A stretch of DNA of 64,000 bases from Myxococcales bacterium (GTDB taxonomy: Bacteria; Myxococcota_A; UBA9042; JABWCM01; BTVJ01): positions 32,001 to 96,000 of the forward strand of contig BTVJ01000005.1 of assembly GCA_045863395.1 (NCBI GenBank), given 5' to 3'. Of the stretch, positions 10,339 through 21,496 are shown piece by piece (the first letter of the stretch is position 1; every line of letters starts with the position of its first letter). Below the pieces are notes generated by a model. The model did not search any database and was not told the DNA's origin. It worked only from the letters and a program-made list of their open reading frames with translations. The translations under genes were made by a program, and so were the position numbers.

Positions 10339-12556
10339 CGCCCGCTGCGCCCCCGGGGAGCTGCCCCACCAAGGACCGCACCACCTCCCGGGTGAGCTGG
10401 CGCTGGGCTGGCACGACGGTCAGCCGCTGCGTCAGCCCGACACGCGGCACGACCCCGTCGGTGACCTCCCACGTCGCCTGGAGCTGGGTGGCGCCCCCGA
10501 TCACCAGGGTCTCCGCCTCGGGCGGCAGGCCGGGAGGCACCGCGAGTTCCCACAGGGCCTCCAGCGCACGGAGCTGCGTCACGAAGGCGCGCCGGTCGGC
10601 GAGCTGGTCCGCGACGAACAGCCGCCACTTGCGGATCGCCAGCTCCAGGCGCGGGTTGGGCATGAGCAGGGACGCGCGCTCGAGCAGGTCCCGCGCGGCC
10701 ACCCAGTCCTTGTCCATGACCGCGAGCAGCGCCATGAACAGCTCCACATCCGGCGCGGCGGGGTCGTCGAGGCGCGCCCTCTCCACGGCCTGCCGCGCTG
10801 CCTCCAGCTTGCCCGCCCCCAGGGCTCCCCGCGCAAGCAGCAGGTGGAGGGCGATGTCCGCGTTCCGCTGCTGAGGATCCATGGGATCGAGCAGGGGGAT
10901 GGCCTCCTGCGCCGCAGCGACCGCGCCCAACGCCCGCTGTTCGTGCTCCCCGTCGGTGCTGAGCAGGGCCAACGCGGCCTCGGCCTGGGCGTGGACAGCC
11001 AGGGCGCGAGCCCGCGTGGCGCACCGGCCGCCCGCGCACGCCGAGCCCTCCTCGGTCGCCCCGGAGCGCGCCGCCACCCCCTCCGCGAGGGCCAGCGCGC
11101 GCTCCAGCGCAGCGACGTCGGCGCCCCGACCGCCGATGTGCAGCTCCAGCTCCGCCAGGTCGAGCGCCGCAGAGTCGCCGGCTCCCGCGGAAGGACGCAG
11201 AAGGTCGGCGGCCTCCTTCGCCGCTCCCGCCCCCACGAGCAACATGGCAGCGAGTCGCCGCGCCTCGGGACCGTCGTGTTCCTTCAAGAGCCGCTCGGCC
11301 TGGGCCCGCCCCTCCGCCGCGTCGCCCCCGGTCGCCCGCGCCCGCGCCAGGGGAGGCAGGGCCCCGACCATCAGACCAAGCATGGCCGCACGCTCCGGCG
11401 ACACGGCGGCAACACGCTCCACCGCGGCCCGGGCGGCGGTGCCGAGCTTCGTCAGGTCTCCGGCGGTCGTCTCGGGGGAGGCAGCCGCCTGCAGGAGCGC
11501 CTGCACGCGCCCCGCCGCCAGGGTCTCCACGAGGGCCGGCGTCCCCGCGCTGCGCAGCGGCTCGCGCATGGCCAGCGCGAACCAGTCGCCCATGCGACCC
11601 GAGGCCACCAGCAGCCCCCCCGCCAGGGCGACCACGTCGGGATCGTCCGGGTGCCTCGCGAGCAGCGCCCCGGCGAGGGCCGCCGCGTCGCCCATACGCC
11701 CGACCTCTGCCAGACGCCGGGCTACCCCCAGCGCCTCACCGAGCGGTCGATCCACCACGCTCTCGTCTACGGTCGCCAGGGCGGCGCGCCTTCGCACGGC
11801 GTCCGCAGCCCCCAGGAGGCGCGGCTCCATACGCACGACCGCGGCCAGCTCCCGCTCACCGTCCTCCCCGTGGCCGCCCACCAGCAACGCGAACCCCAGC
11901 GTCAGGCGCGCCTCGTTCGCGTCCGGCGCCCGCTCCAAGTACCGGCGCAGATACCCAGCCGCCTCGTCCCAGCGCTCCGCCGACAGCTCCAGCTCGCCGA
12001 GCGCCCGCAGCGTCCCGGCGTGGGTGGGCACGGCGACGAGGGCTGCCGCCCCGTGTACCCGCGCGAGCTCCCGCGCAACCTCGACGAGGGCCGGCAGGGA
12101 GGCCGCGAGGGCGTCCCCCCGCTCCTTGATGAACGGCTGCCCATGGCCGCCTGAGCGCTCGGAGGCGAGGAGCGCCCCCCAGGACTCGCCCGCCCGCTGG
12201 ATGCCGCAGGCGAGGGAAGCGGCGAGACGAGCCTGGACGGCGTGGTCCGCCGGAGTCACCCCCCGGCGCATCAGCTCCAACTGGGCGACCATCGCTGCGA
12301 CGAGGTAGGTGGTGTCGGTGGGCATGGCGTTGGCGAGGATCCCCCCACCGCCACCCTCACCGAGGGAGTAGATCCGCAGCGCGGCCGCGACCATGGCGCG
12401 CAGGTCCCGGTCGTTTGCCTCGGGAGCGCGCACCGCGCTGGCCATCAGCTTCACGACGGGCAGCGCCTCGAAGCGCCCGACGGCCCCGTCGATGGCCCTC
12501 ACGGGCGACGGGAGCCCCCACAGCAACACCAGGACACCCACGCGCAGCCACGCCAT
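10331..12556 (-). CDS. Exported TPR-like helical repeat protein
   Basis: Signal peptide; TPR-like segments (RALGELEL...WDEAAGYLRRYLERAPDANEARLTLG); GGAGGT RBS. Confidence 0.7.
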   Translation of the reverse strand: MAWLRVGVLVLLWGLPSPVRAIDGAVGRFEALPVVKLMASAVRAPEANDRDLRAMVAAALRIYSLGEGGGGGILANAMPTDTTYLVAAMVAQLELMRRGVTPADHAVQARLAASLACGIQRAGESWGALLASERSGGHGQPFIKERGDALAASLPALVEVARELARVHGAAALVAVPTHAGTLRALGELELSAERWDEAAGYLRRYLERAPDANEARLTLGFALLVGGHGEDGERELAAVVRMEPRLLGAADAVRRRAALATVDESVVDRPLGEALGVARRLAEVGRMGDAAALAGALLARHPDDPDVVALAGGLLVASGRMGDWFALAMREPLRSAGTPALVETLAAGRVQALLQAAASPETTAGDLTKLGTAARAAVERVAAVSPERAAMLGLMVGALPPLARARATGGDAAEGRAQAERLLKEHDGPEARRLAAMLLVGAGAAKEAADLLRPSAGAGDSAALDLAELELHIGGRGADVAALERALALAEGVAARSGATEEGSACAGGRCATRARALAVHAQAEAALALLSTDGEHEQRALGAVAAAQEAIPLLDPMDPQQRNADIALHLLLARGALGAGKLEAARQAVERARLDDPAAPDVELFMALLAVMDKDWVAARDLLERASLLMPNPRLELAIRKWRLFVADQLADRRAFVTQLRALEALWELAVPPGLPPEAETLVIGGATQLQATWEVTDGVVPRVGLTQRLTVVPAQRQLTREVVRSLVGQLPGGAAGDE

Positions 12557-12675
12557 CGCTCACCTCCGGCGCGCAATCATAGCGGGGAGGTCCAGAAAAC
12601 GAAACGAGCTCCCCCTGCGAGGGGGACTCGGCGGCGGAGCGCGCCTCCCCGACGGGCGGAGAGGCGCGCCGGCCC

Positions 12676-13089
12676 TCACGCTCCGGGCAGCAGCGCCAGG
12701 AAGGTCTCCGCCGCCCTCGGCCCCACCCGCTCGAAGCGGGAAGCCAGCGCCACCCGCCGCGTGACCGGGTCGTCGGCCATCGCACCGAGCCACTCCCTCG
12801 CGCTGCCGTGCTCCCCAGCGAGCGCGGCCACCACGGCGGCGTTGCGCACCGTCGCCCCCACCTTGGCCCGGTTCCGGATGACCCCCGCCGCCCCCAGGAG
12901 CCCCTCCACGTCCTCCTCGTCGAAGGCGGCGACCCTCTCCACACGGAAGCCCTCGAAGGCCGCGCACATGGCGTCCCAGCGTCGCCTCACGATGCGCTCG
13001 TCGAAGCCGGTGGCGAACACCGCAAAGGTCAGCGCCTCCAGGAAACCGGCGTCGCCGCCGACGCCGCTCAACCCGCTCTCCGTCGTCAT
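12676..13089 (-). CDS. Short DNA-3-methyladenine glycosylase I (Tag)-like protein
   Basis: AFEGF...VAAFDEEDVEGLL...GVIRNRAKV..TVRNA and FERVGP motifs; GGAGGA RBS before ATG 13089. Confidence 0.75.
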   Translation of the reverse strand: MTTESGLSGVGGDAGFLEALTFAVFATGFDERIVRRRWDAMCAAFEGFRVERVAAFDEEDVEGLLGAAGVIRNRAKVGATVRNAAVVAALAGEHGSAREWLGAMADDPVTRRVALASRFERVGPRAAETFLALLPGA

Positions 13090-13207
13090 GTCGTTCCTCC
13101 TCGCTCTTCGGGCGCCGCGGCGCACACACCGTGCGTGCGCGCGTGCCCGGTCCGGCGGCGCACGTCGGTCGACCTGCGTGGAGGTTGCGGGAAAAGTCGG
13201 GAGCGGC

Positions 13208-15031
<1,824 letters not shown>

Positions 15032-15152
15032 GACCGCCTCCTTGGAGGGTGGGGGTGAGAGCCGCGCGGATCAGACCACAGGGCAAAGGGGCAGGTCAAC
15101 CGGCGGTCGAGCCTGGAGCGCGACGCCCCAGACGCCTGAAACCACCGGAGCG

Positions 15153-16331
15153 TCAGCGCCCCCGCTTCTCACGCGCCTCGACGAGGGACTTGGCGGTGCG
15201 CGCGATGAACCCCGGGACCTCCTTGTCCCTGGACAGGGACTTGAGGTCCCGCGGCGTCAGCATCTTGACGAAGGTCATGGCCTGCTGGGGGGGGCACTTG
15301 GGGTTGGTGACCAGCGCGAGCATGGTCGGGTAGTACTTGGTCCACTCCCGGTTGCGGGCGATCTCACGGATCACGTCCTCGTTGACGGCGCGCGCCTGGG
15401 CGAAGTTCGTGATCTCCCGTGGGGTGAGCCGGGGGCTCCGCAGCACGCTCATGGCGACGACGCGCTTGGTGTCCCGGACGAGCAGGCGCCTCGCCGCCTC
15501 GCTGCCGAGCATCGCCATGCGCACCTTCTGCGCGACGTTCATGTCGGCGATGACGTTGTGCAGGGCGACGCCCAGGGCCTTCTTGACCGCCTCCTCCGCG
15601 CCCTCCGGGGAGAGGTCCGCACGCAGCACGGTCTGGAAGACCTCATCGTCGACCCCGGGGGCCGCCTCAGGCTCCGGGGCGTCCTCGTCGGTGACGTCGA
15701 CCTCCTCCGCCTCGTCCCCCTTCGGGGCGGTGCCGAGGATCGACTCCTCGATCTCCTTGAACCCGGGGATGTGCGTCAGCCGCACACCGTTGCGCACCGC
15801 AGTCTCGATGGCGCGGCTGATGGTGCTCATCCGCGTCTCGGGGTTGAAGTACAGCGCCTCGATGATCGCAGGGCTGCGCAGGATGCGGATCTGGTTCGCG
15901 CCGATCAGGTCGAGCAGCGTTGCGTCACGCAGGCTCTTCGTCAGGTGCGCGATGGTCTCGTCCGCCACGGCGCCATTGAGGATCAGCCGTTCGGCCCGCT
16001 TCGGGACGTCCACGAAGAGGCGCGCGAACCAGTCGAGCACCTGGGGGTGGGTCGCTGCGCTCGACAGGGGCCCCTCGAGCAGCGCGTCGGGCAGCTCGCG
16101 CGCCGTCTGCCCTGCCGCCGCGCGCAGCTTGTCGTCACCGCTGCTCCCCAGGTAGGCGAGCACCGGCGCCAGCTCGGCAGGCTCCATGGGGAGCAGCGCC
16201 TTGGCTGCCATCAGGCGCATGGGCGGAGGGGCATCGGGGCCGACCTGGGCGCGCCGCGCCTCAGGGACCACTTGCAGCAGGACGGGCCCTCCGACGCCGC
16301 CGGAGTGCCCGGAGGCGGGATCTGAGGTCAT
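15153..16331 (-). CDS. Hypothetical helical-repeat protein downstream of EF-G II
   Basis: GGAGGT RBS, strong codon bias, acidic linker, C-terminal MNVAQKVRMAMLGSEAARRLLVRD...REWTKYY...LVTNPKCP. Confidence 0.8.
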   Translation of the reverse strand: MTSDPASGHSGGVGGPVLLQVVPEARRAQVGPDAPPPMRLMAAKALLPMEPAELAPVLAYLGSSGDDKLRAAAGQTARELPDALLEGPLSSAATHPQVLDWFARLFVDVPKRAERLILNGAVADETIAHLTKSLRDATLLDLIGANQIRILRSPAIIEALYFNPETRMSTISRAIETAVRNGVRLTHIPGFKEIEESILGTAPKGDEAEEVDVTDEDAPEPEAAPGVDDEVFQTVLRADLSPEGAEEAVKKALGVALHNVIADMNVAQKVRMAMLGSEAARRLLVRDTKRVVAMSVLRSPRLTPREITNFAQARAVNEDVIREIARNREWTKYYPTMLALVTNPKCPPQQAMTFVKMLTPRDLKSLSRDKEVPGFIARTAKSLVEAREKRGR

Positions 16332-16403
16332 CGCACACCTCCGCGGTTGGGGGGAGCGTCGGAGGAGCCTCTCACGGGCGACGAAGTCGACTCACGAAGG
16401 TGA

Positions 16404-18488
16404 TCACTCCTGGCTCGCCTTGTGCTCGGCCACCACCTTCGCGGTGATGGTCTCGGGCACCTCCTCGTAGTGGTGCATCTGCATGGTGAAGGTGCCCCGC
16501 CCGCTGGTCATGGCCCGCAGGTCGTTGGCGTAGCTCTGCACCTCGGACAAGGGCGCCTGCGCCCGGATGAGCTGGTTGCGGCCGTGGGAGTCCATGCCGA
16601 GCACGCGCCCGCGCCGGGAGTTCATGTCGCCCATCACGTCACCCATGCACTCGTCGGGGACGACGATCTCCATCTCCATGATGGGCTCCAGCAGGCACGG
16701 GCTCGCCTTCTCCATGCCCGTCTTGAAGGCGATGTGGGCCGCCTGCTTGAACGCCATCTCGGAGCTGTCCACCGGGTGGTAGCTGCCATCGAACAGCCGG
16801 ACCTTCAGATCCACCACCGGGAAGCCCGCGAGGAAGCCGCGCTCCAGCGACTCGTGGAAGCCCTTCTCCACGGCCGGGATGTAGTTTCGCGGGATGGAGC
16901 CGCCCACGATGTTGTCGATGAACTCGAAGCCCTTGCCGCGCTCGTTGGGCTCCAGGTCCACCCAGCAGTCGCCGAACTGGCCCCTCCCACCCGTCTGCTT
17001 CTTGTGCCGCCCCTGGATCGCCTTCGCCGGCTTCCTGATCGTCTCCCGATACGGGACCTTGGGCGTGCTCAGCTCCGCCTCGACCCCGAACTTGCGCTTG
17101 AGGCGCTCCACGACGCACTCCACCTGGGGCTGCCCCACGCCGGCAAGCAGGAGCTCCTTGGAGTGCTCGTTGCGGGACAACTCCAGCGAGGGGTCCTCCT
17201 CCATGAGGCGCGCCAGGGCGGTGCCGATCTTGTCCTCGTCGCCCTGGGACTTCGCCTTGATGGCGAAGGCGATGGCCGCGGGAACCCTGGGCAGCCCCGC
17301 ATAGACCACGGGGGCCTTCTCGTCACAGAGGGTGTCGCCGGTCGCCACGTCCTTCATCTTGGCGAAGGTCACGATGTCCCCCGCCGTGGCGCCGTTGATC
17401 GTGTCCTGCTTCTTGCCCGTCAGCGCGTACATGGTGCTGTAGCGCTCCTTCTCTCCCGAGCGCGCGTCGAAGACGACGCCGTCCCCAGGCAGGGACCCCG
17501 AGAAGAGGCGCACGATGTTCAGGCGCCCGGCGTAGGGGTCGACCAGGGTCTTGAAGACGTAGCCGCTGAGCGGCGCATCCGGGGTGCACGGCACGACCAC
17601 GTCGGCGCCGCTCTCCGGGTGCTTGCCGGCCATGGTCCCCCGGTCCAGGGGGCTCGGGAACTCCTCGGCGATCAGATCGAGCAGCGGGTGAATGGCGACG
17701 TTCGTGGTGGCCGACCCGCACAGCACGGGGACGATGGAGCCGGACCGGATGCCCACGGCCAGACCGCGCATCAGATCCTCTTGAGAGAGGTCACCCTCCT
17801 CGAAGTACTTCTCCATCAGGTCCTCTGCGGTCTCGGCGACCGCCTCGACGATGGCCCGGCGCGCCTCCGCCACGTCCGCCTTCATCGCCGCGGGGATGTC
17901 CGTCACGTCGTAGCCGCCGCTGCCGTCGGTCCTGTAGATGTACGCCTGGTTGAACAGCAACCGGATGACCCCCTTGAAGCCCGCCTCGCTCCCGATGGGG
18001 ATCTGGGTGGGGACGGCCTTGGGCGTCAGGCTCTCGTGGATCTCCGCCAGTGTGCGCTTGAAGTCCGAGCGCTCGCGGTCGAGCTTGTTCACGAAGATCG
18101 CACGCGGCAGGTTGGCCTCCTGCAGCAGCGACCACGCCCGATCCGTGCCCACCTCCACGCCGTCCACACCGCTGACCAGCAGCACCGCCGCGTCCATGGC
18201 GATGGCCGCGCCACGGGTGTCCGCCCAGAAGTTTGCGTCTCCGGGGGTGTCAATCAGGTTGATCTTGCGCTTCGCCCACTCGAAGGCGCCGACGGTCGCC
18301 TTGATGGTCGCCCGCCGCTTGTGCTCCTCCGGCTCGAAGTCGAAGTTGGAGTTCTGCTCGTCGACCTTGCAGAGGCGCGTCGTCACCTTGGCGTTGAACA
18401 GGAATGCCTCGGCGAGGGAGGTCTTGCCCGCCCCGCCGTGAGAGAGGAGGCCAACGTTGCGGATGTCCTTGGATTCAAACGATTTCAT
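16404..18488 (-). CDS. fusA: Elongation factor G paralogue (EF-G II type)
   Basis: Full five-domain layout: SHGGAGKTS, DTPGDANF, NKLD, KKQTGGRGQF, DGSYHPVDSSEMAF, LRAMTSGRG. Confidence 0.93.
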   Translation of the reverse strand: MKSFESKDIRNVGLLSHGGAGKTSLAEAFLFNAKVTTRLCKVDEQNSNFDFEPEEHKRRATIKATVGAFEWAKRKINLIDTPGDANFWADTRGAAIAMDAAVLLVSGVDGVEVGTDRAWSLLQEANLPRAIFVNKLDRERSDFKRTLAEIHESLTPKAVPTQIPIGSEAGFKGVIRLLFNQAYIYRTDGSGGYDVTDIPAAMKADVAEARRAIVEAVAETAEDLMEKYFEEGDLSQEDLMRGLAVGIRSGSIVPVLCGSATTNVAIHPLLDLIAEEFPSPLDRGTMAGKHPESGADVVVPCTPDAPLSGYVFKTLVDPYAGRLNIVRLFSGSLPGDGVVFDARSGEKERYSTMYALTGKKQDTINGATAGDIVTFAKMKDVATGDTLCDEKAPVVYAGLPRVPAAIAFAIKAKSQGDEDKIGTALARLMEEDPSLELSRNEHSKELLLAGVGQPQVECVVERLKRKFGVEAELSTPKVPYRETIRKPAKAIQGRHKKQTGGRGQFGDCWVDLEPNERGKGFEFIDNIVGGSIPRNYIPAVEKGFHESLERGFLAGFPVVDLKVRLFDGSYHPVDSSEMAFKQAAHIAFKTGMEKASPCLLEPIMEMEIVVPDECMGDVMGDMNSRRGRVLGMDSHGRNQLIRAQAPLSEVQSYANDLRAMTSGRGTFTMQMHHYEEVPETITAKVVAEHKASQE

Positions 18489-18581
18489 GGACGCGCTCCT
18501 GCTGTGGGTGCCAGTGCTCGCGACAAACGGAGGCTCCGCTGCGAGCGCTGCTCCCGGAGGTGGCCCGCAGGGCAATGTGGT

Positions 18582-18611
18582 GGTCTAACCCTGGTGACGC
18601 TCGGGTGTCAA
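18582..18611 (-). promoter_or_regulatory. Possible sigma70 promoter for EF-G II
   Basis: TTGACA-18 nt-TAGACC. Confidence 0.45.
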
Positions 18612-18630
18612 GCGCCGACGACGGCAGCGG

Positions 18631-19404
18631 TCACGGCGATGGGCGGTTGCGCTCCCAGAGGATCCGGAGGCCCTCCAGGGTGAGGAAGGGGAGCACCTCG
18701 TCGATGGTCTGGCTGTCCTCGCTGATCATCCCCGCGAGGCCTCCGGTGGCCAGGACGCGGCAGGGTACGCCAAGCTCTGCGCGCATACGCTCCACCAGGC
18801 CGTCGACCAGCGCCACGTATCCATAGTAGATACCGGACTGCATGCTCTCGACCGTGTTGCGCCCGATGACGTGGCGCGGGCGCAGCACCTCGACGCGCGG
18901 GAGCTTCGACGCGTGGTGGAACAGCGCGTCGGTCGACACGGCGGGCCCCGGCGCGATGGCTCCCCCCATGTACTTGCCGTCCTCGCTGACCGCATCGAAG
19001 GTGGTGGCGGTGCCGAAGTCGACGACGATGCATGTCCCCCGCACCGCCTCGTAGGCGGCGACGGCGTTGACGATGCGGTCCGCCCCCACCTCCCGCGGGT
19101 TCTCGACGAGGATGGGCATCCCGGTGCGAACGCCTGGCCCCACGACCAGCGGCGTCACCCCGAAGTAGCGCTGGCAGGTGCCCTCCAGCGTGCGGATCAT
19201 GGGCGGCACCACGCAGCTCACGATGGCCGCGCTCACCGCTCCCGCGTCCACCCCCGACCACGCGAACATCTGCCTCAAGAGGACGCCGTATTCGTCGCTC
19301 GCCCGGTTCTTGCGCGTCTCCACGCGCCAGTGCTCCACCAGGCGCTCCTGGTCGTACACACCGAACACGATGTTGGTGTTGCCAACGTCGATCACCAGCA
19401 GCAT
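18631..19404 (-). CDS. coaX: Type III pantothenate kinase
   Basis: [31 protein letters not shown] and ATGG motifs. Confidence 0.97.
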   Translation of the reverse strand: MLLVIDVGNTNIVFGVYDQERLVEHWRVETRKNRASDEYGVLLRQMFAWSGVDAGAVSAAIVSCVVPPMIRTLEGTCQRYFGVTPLVVGPGVRTGMPILVENPREVGADRIVNAVAAYEAVRGTCIVVDFGTATTFDAVSEDGKYMGGAIAPGPAVSTDALFHHASKLPRVEVLRPRHVIGRNTVESMQSGIYYGYVALVDGLVERMRAELGVPCRVLATGGLAGMISEDSQTIDEVLPFLTLEGLRILWERNRPSP

Positions 19405-19407
19405 TCC

Positions 19408-20133
19408 CTACTCCCACTCCACGGGCACCACGTCGCCCGCCACCACGTCCAGGGTCCTACCGTCCATGGCCCGCACCACGAGCGCACCATCCTCCCTGAG
19501 GCCGACGGCTGTCGCCAGCACGGAGCCCTCCGGGAACCCGACCCTCACCACCCGATCCAGGCGCGCCCGGCGCACCCACGCGCCCGTGTCCACCATCCCA
19601 CCGGCGCCCTCGAATGCGGAGACACCAACGCGGAGGCGATCGAGGAGTGCCTGCAGCAGCGCCTCCCGGTCCACCGGGCGCCCGAGCTCCAGCGCAAGCG
19701 ACGTGGCGCGTTTGCTCAGCTCGGGCGGGATCTCGGCCAGGTTCGCATTGACGCCTACACCCACGATGACCGCCAGGGGGTCGACCCCCGCAAGCTCGGC
19801 GAGCACCCCCGCCGCCTTGCGCCCTCCCACGAGCAGGTCATTGGGCCACTTGAGCTCCACCTGGAGCCCCGGCGCAACCGCCTCCACCGCCTCTGCGAGG
19901 GCGACCGCGGCCACGATGGCGAGCCGCGGGGCGACGGCCACTGGCACGGCAGGGCGCAGGATGACCGACACGTACAGGTTCACGCCGGGCGGAGAGTACC
20001 AGGCGCGCCCGAGGCGCCCGCGCCCCCCTTCCTGGGCGTCGGCAACGACGGCGGTGAATGCGGGGGCGCCCGCCGCGGCCAGGGCTCCGGCCTCGGCGTT
20101 GGTGGACACGCAGGTCATGAGCCGGTGGATCAT
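19408..20133 (-). CDS. birA: Biotin--[acetyl-CoA carboxylase] ligase (no HTH domain)
   Basis: STN, QEGGRGRLGRAWYSP, LKWPNDL, KAAGVL and GVGVN motifs; ATGA overlap with nadC. Confidence 0.93.
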   Translation of the reverse strand: MIHRLMTCVSTNAEAGALAAAGAPAFTAVVADAQEGGRGRLGRAWYSPPGVNLYVSVILRPAVPVAVAPRLAIVAAVALAEAVEAVAPGLQVELKWPNDLLVGGRKAAGVLAELAGVDPLAVIVGVGVNANLAEIPPELSKRATSLALELGRPVDREALLQALLDRLRVGVSAFEGAGGMVDTGAWVRRARLDRVVRVGFPEGSVLATAVGLREDGALVVRAMDGRTLDVVAGDVVPVEWE

Positions 20134-20981
20134 GCGCCCTCCACGTCCAGGCTGATGTCGATGGAGCCCGCCGAGTGGGTCAGGGCCCCGGCGCTGATGA
20201 GGTCGACGCCGGGCAGCGCCAGCGAGCGCACCGTCTCCAGGGTGACGCCTCCCGAGACCTCGATGAGCGCCCTCCCCCGCGCGATGCGCACCGCCTCCGC
20301 CAGCGTGTCGCCGCGCATGTTGTCGAGGAGCACCGCCTCGGCCCCGCACGCGACCGCCTCCTCCACCTGGGCCAAGGTCTTGCACTCCACCTCGATGCGC
20401 AAGAGGTGCGGAGCGGCGGCCCTGGCGCGGCGCAGCGCCTCACCGACCCCCCCAGCGGCGGCCAGGTGGTTGTCCTTGATGAGGACCCCGCTGTCCAGGG
20501 CCCACCGGTGGTTGGCCCCACCACCGACGACAACGGCCATCTTCTCGAGCATCCGGTGCCCTGGCGTCGTCTTGCGCGTGTCGACGATGCGGGCGCCCGT
20601 CCCCTCCAGCTCACGCACGTAGCGGCGGGTCAGCGTGGCCACCCCGCTCAGCCGCTGGACGAAGTTCAGCGCCGTCCGCTCCGCCGTGAGGATCCCGCAG
20701 AGCGGTCCCTCCACGCGGGCGACCTCGACGCCCTCCACCACCTCGTCCCCGTCCTTGACCAGCGCCTCGAAGGCGGCGCGCGGCTCCACCCGCTGAAAGA
20801 CTCGGGCGGCGACAGGGAGCCCCGCGACCACGCACGCCTGCTTGGCTCGCATCACGGCGACGCCTCGCGCGCTCGGGTCCACCGTGGCGAGGGTCGTCAC
20901 GTCGCCGAGCCCGATGTCCTCCGCCAGAGCCAGGTCCAGGATCCGGTCGACCCGGTCCTTCATCGCTTCCTGCATCCACAT
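20130..20981 (-). CDS. nadC: Nicotinate-nucleotide diphosphorylase (quinolinate phosphoribosyltransferase)
   Basis: ERTALN, DTRKTTPG, IKDNH, IEVEC, LLDNM and SGG motifs. Start uncertain (20963-20990). Confidence 0.96.
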   Translation of the reverse strand: MWMQEAMKDRVDRILDLALAEDIGLGDVTTLATVDPSARGVAVMRAKQACVVAGLPVAARVFQRVEPRAAFEALVKDGDEVVEGVEVARVEGPLCGILTAERTALNFVQRLSGVATLTRRYVRELEGTGARIVDTRKTTPGHRMLEKMAVVVGGGANHRWALDSGVLIKDNHLAAAGGVGEALRRARAAAPHLLRIEVECKTLAQVEEAVACGAEAVLLDNMRGDTLAEAVRIARGRALIEVSGGVTLETVRSLALPGVDLISAGALTHSAGSIDISLDVEGA

Positions 20982-21010
20982 GGTCTCCACCGTCTCGAAG
21001 CAAGCCGGCT

Positions 21011-21496
21011 TCAGCCGGCGTGGTGGGGGCGCGGGTGGAGCGGCGACCAGGCGGCGAAGAGCGCAAGCTCCTCGGCCTCCATGGCGCGAGCCTCCGCTTC
21101 CTCTTCGTGGTCGCGGCCGAGCAGGTGCAGCACCCCGTGCACCAGCAGGAACGCGAGCTCCAGATCCGTGTCGTATCCGACCCCGCCCAGCTCCAGGTCC
21201 CTCGCCGAGGCCTGCCGCTCGGCGGTCTCCACCGACAGGATCACGTCCCCCAGAACACCGCCCGGGTTGAGGTCGCCGAACTCCCCCTCCCCCATGGCGA
21301 AGGACAACACGTCCGTGGGGGCGTCCTTGCCCCGATAGTCGCGGTTCAGACGCCGGATGCCCGCGTCGCTGACCAGCACGATGGACAGCTCGTCGTCAGC
21401 GCGGCCCAGGCGCTCCAGGATCTCCGCTGCCCGTGCCCTCAGGAGCCCCGTCGCGACCCTTCTCTTCCGCTGGCGGTTGCTCAACTCGACTGGCAT
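21011..21496 (-). CDS. ybeY: rRNA maturation endoribonuclease
   Basis: LNRDYRGKDAPTDVLSF, LGDVILS and HGVLHLLGRDH motifs; AAGGAGG RBS. Confidence 0.95.
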   Translation of the reverse strand: MPVELSNRQRKRRVATGLLRARAAEILERLGRADDELSIVLVSDAGIRRLNRDYRGKDAPTDVLSFAMGEGEFGDLNPGGVLGDVILSVETAERQASARDLELGGVGYDTDLELAFLLVHGVLHLLGRDHEEEAEARAMEAEELALFAAWSPLHPRPHHAG

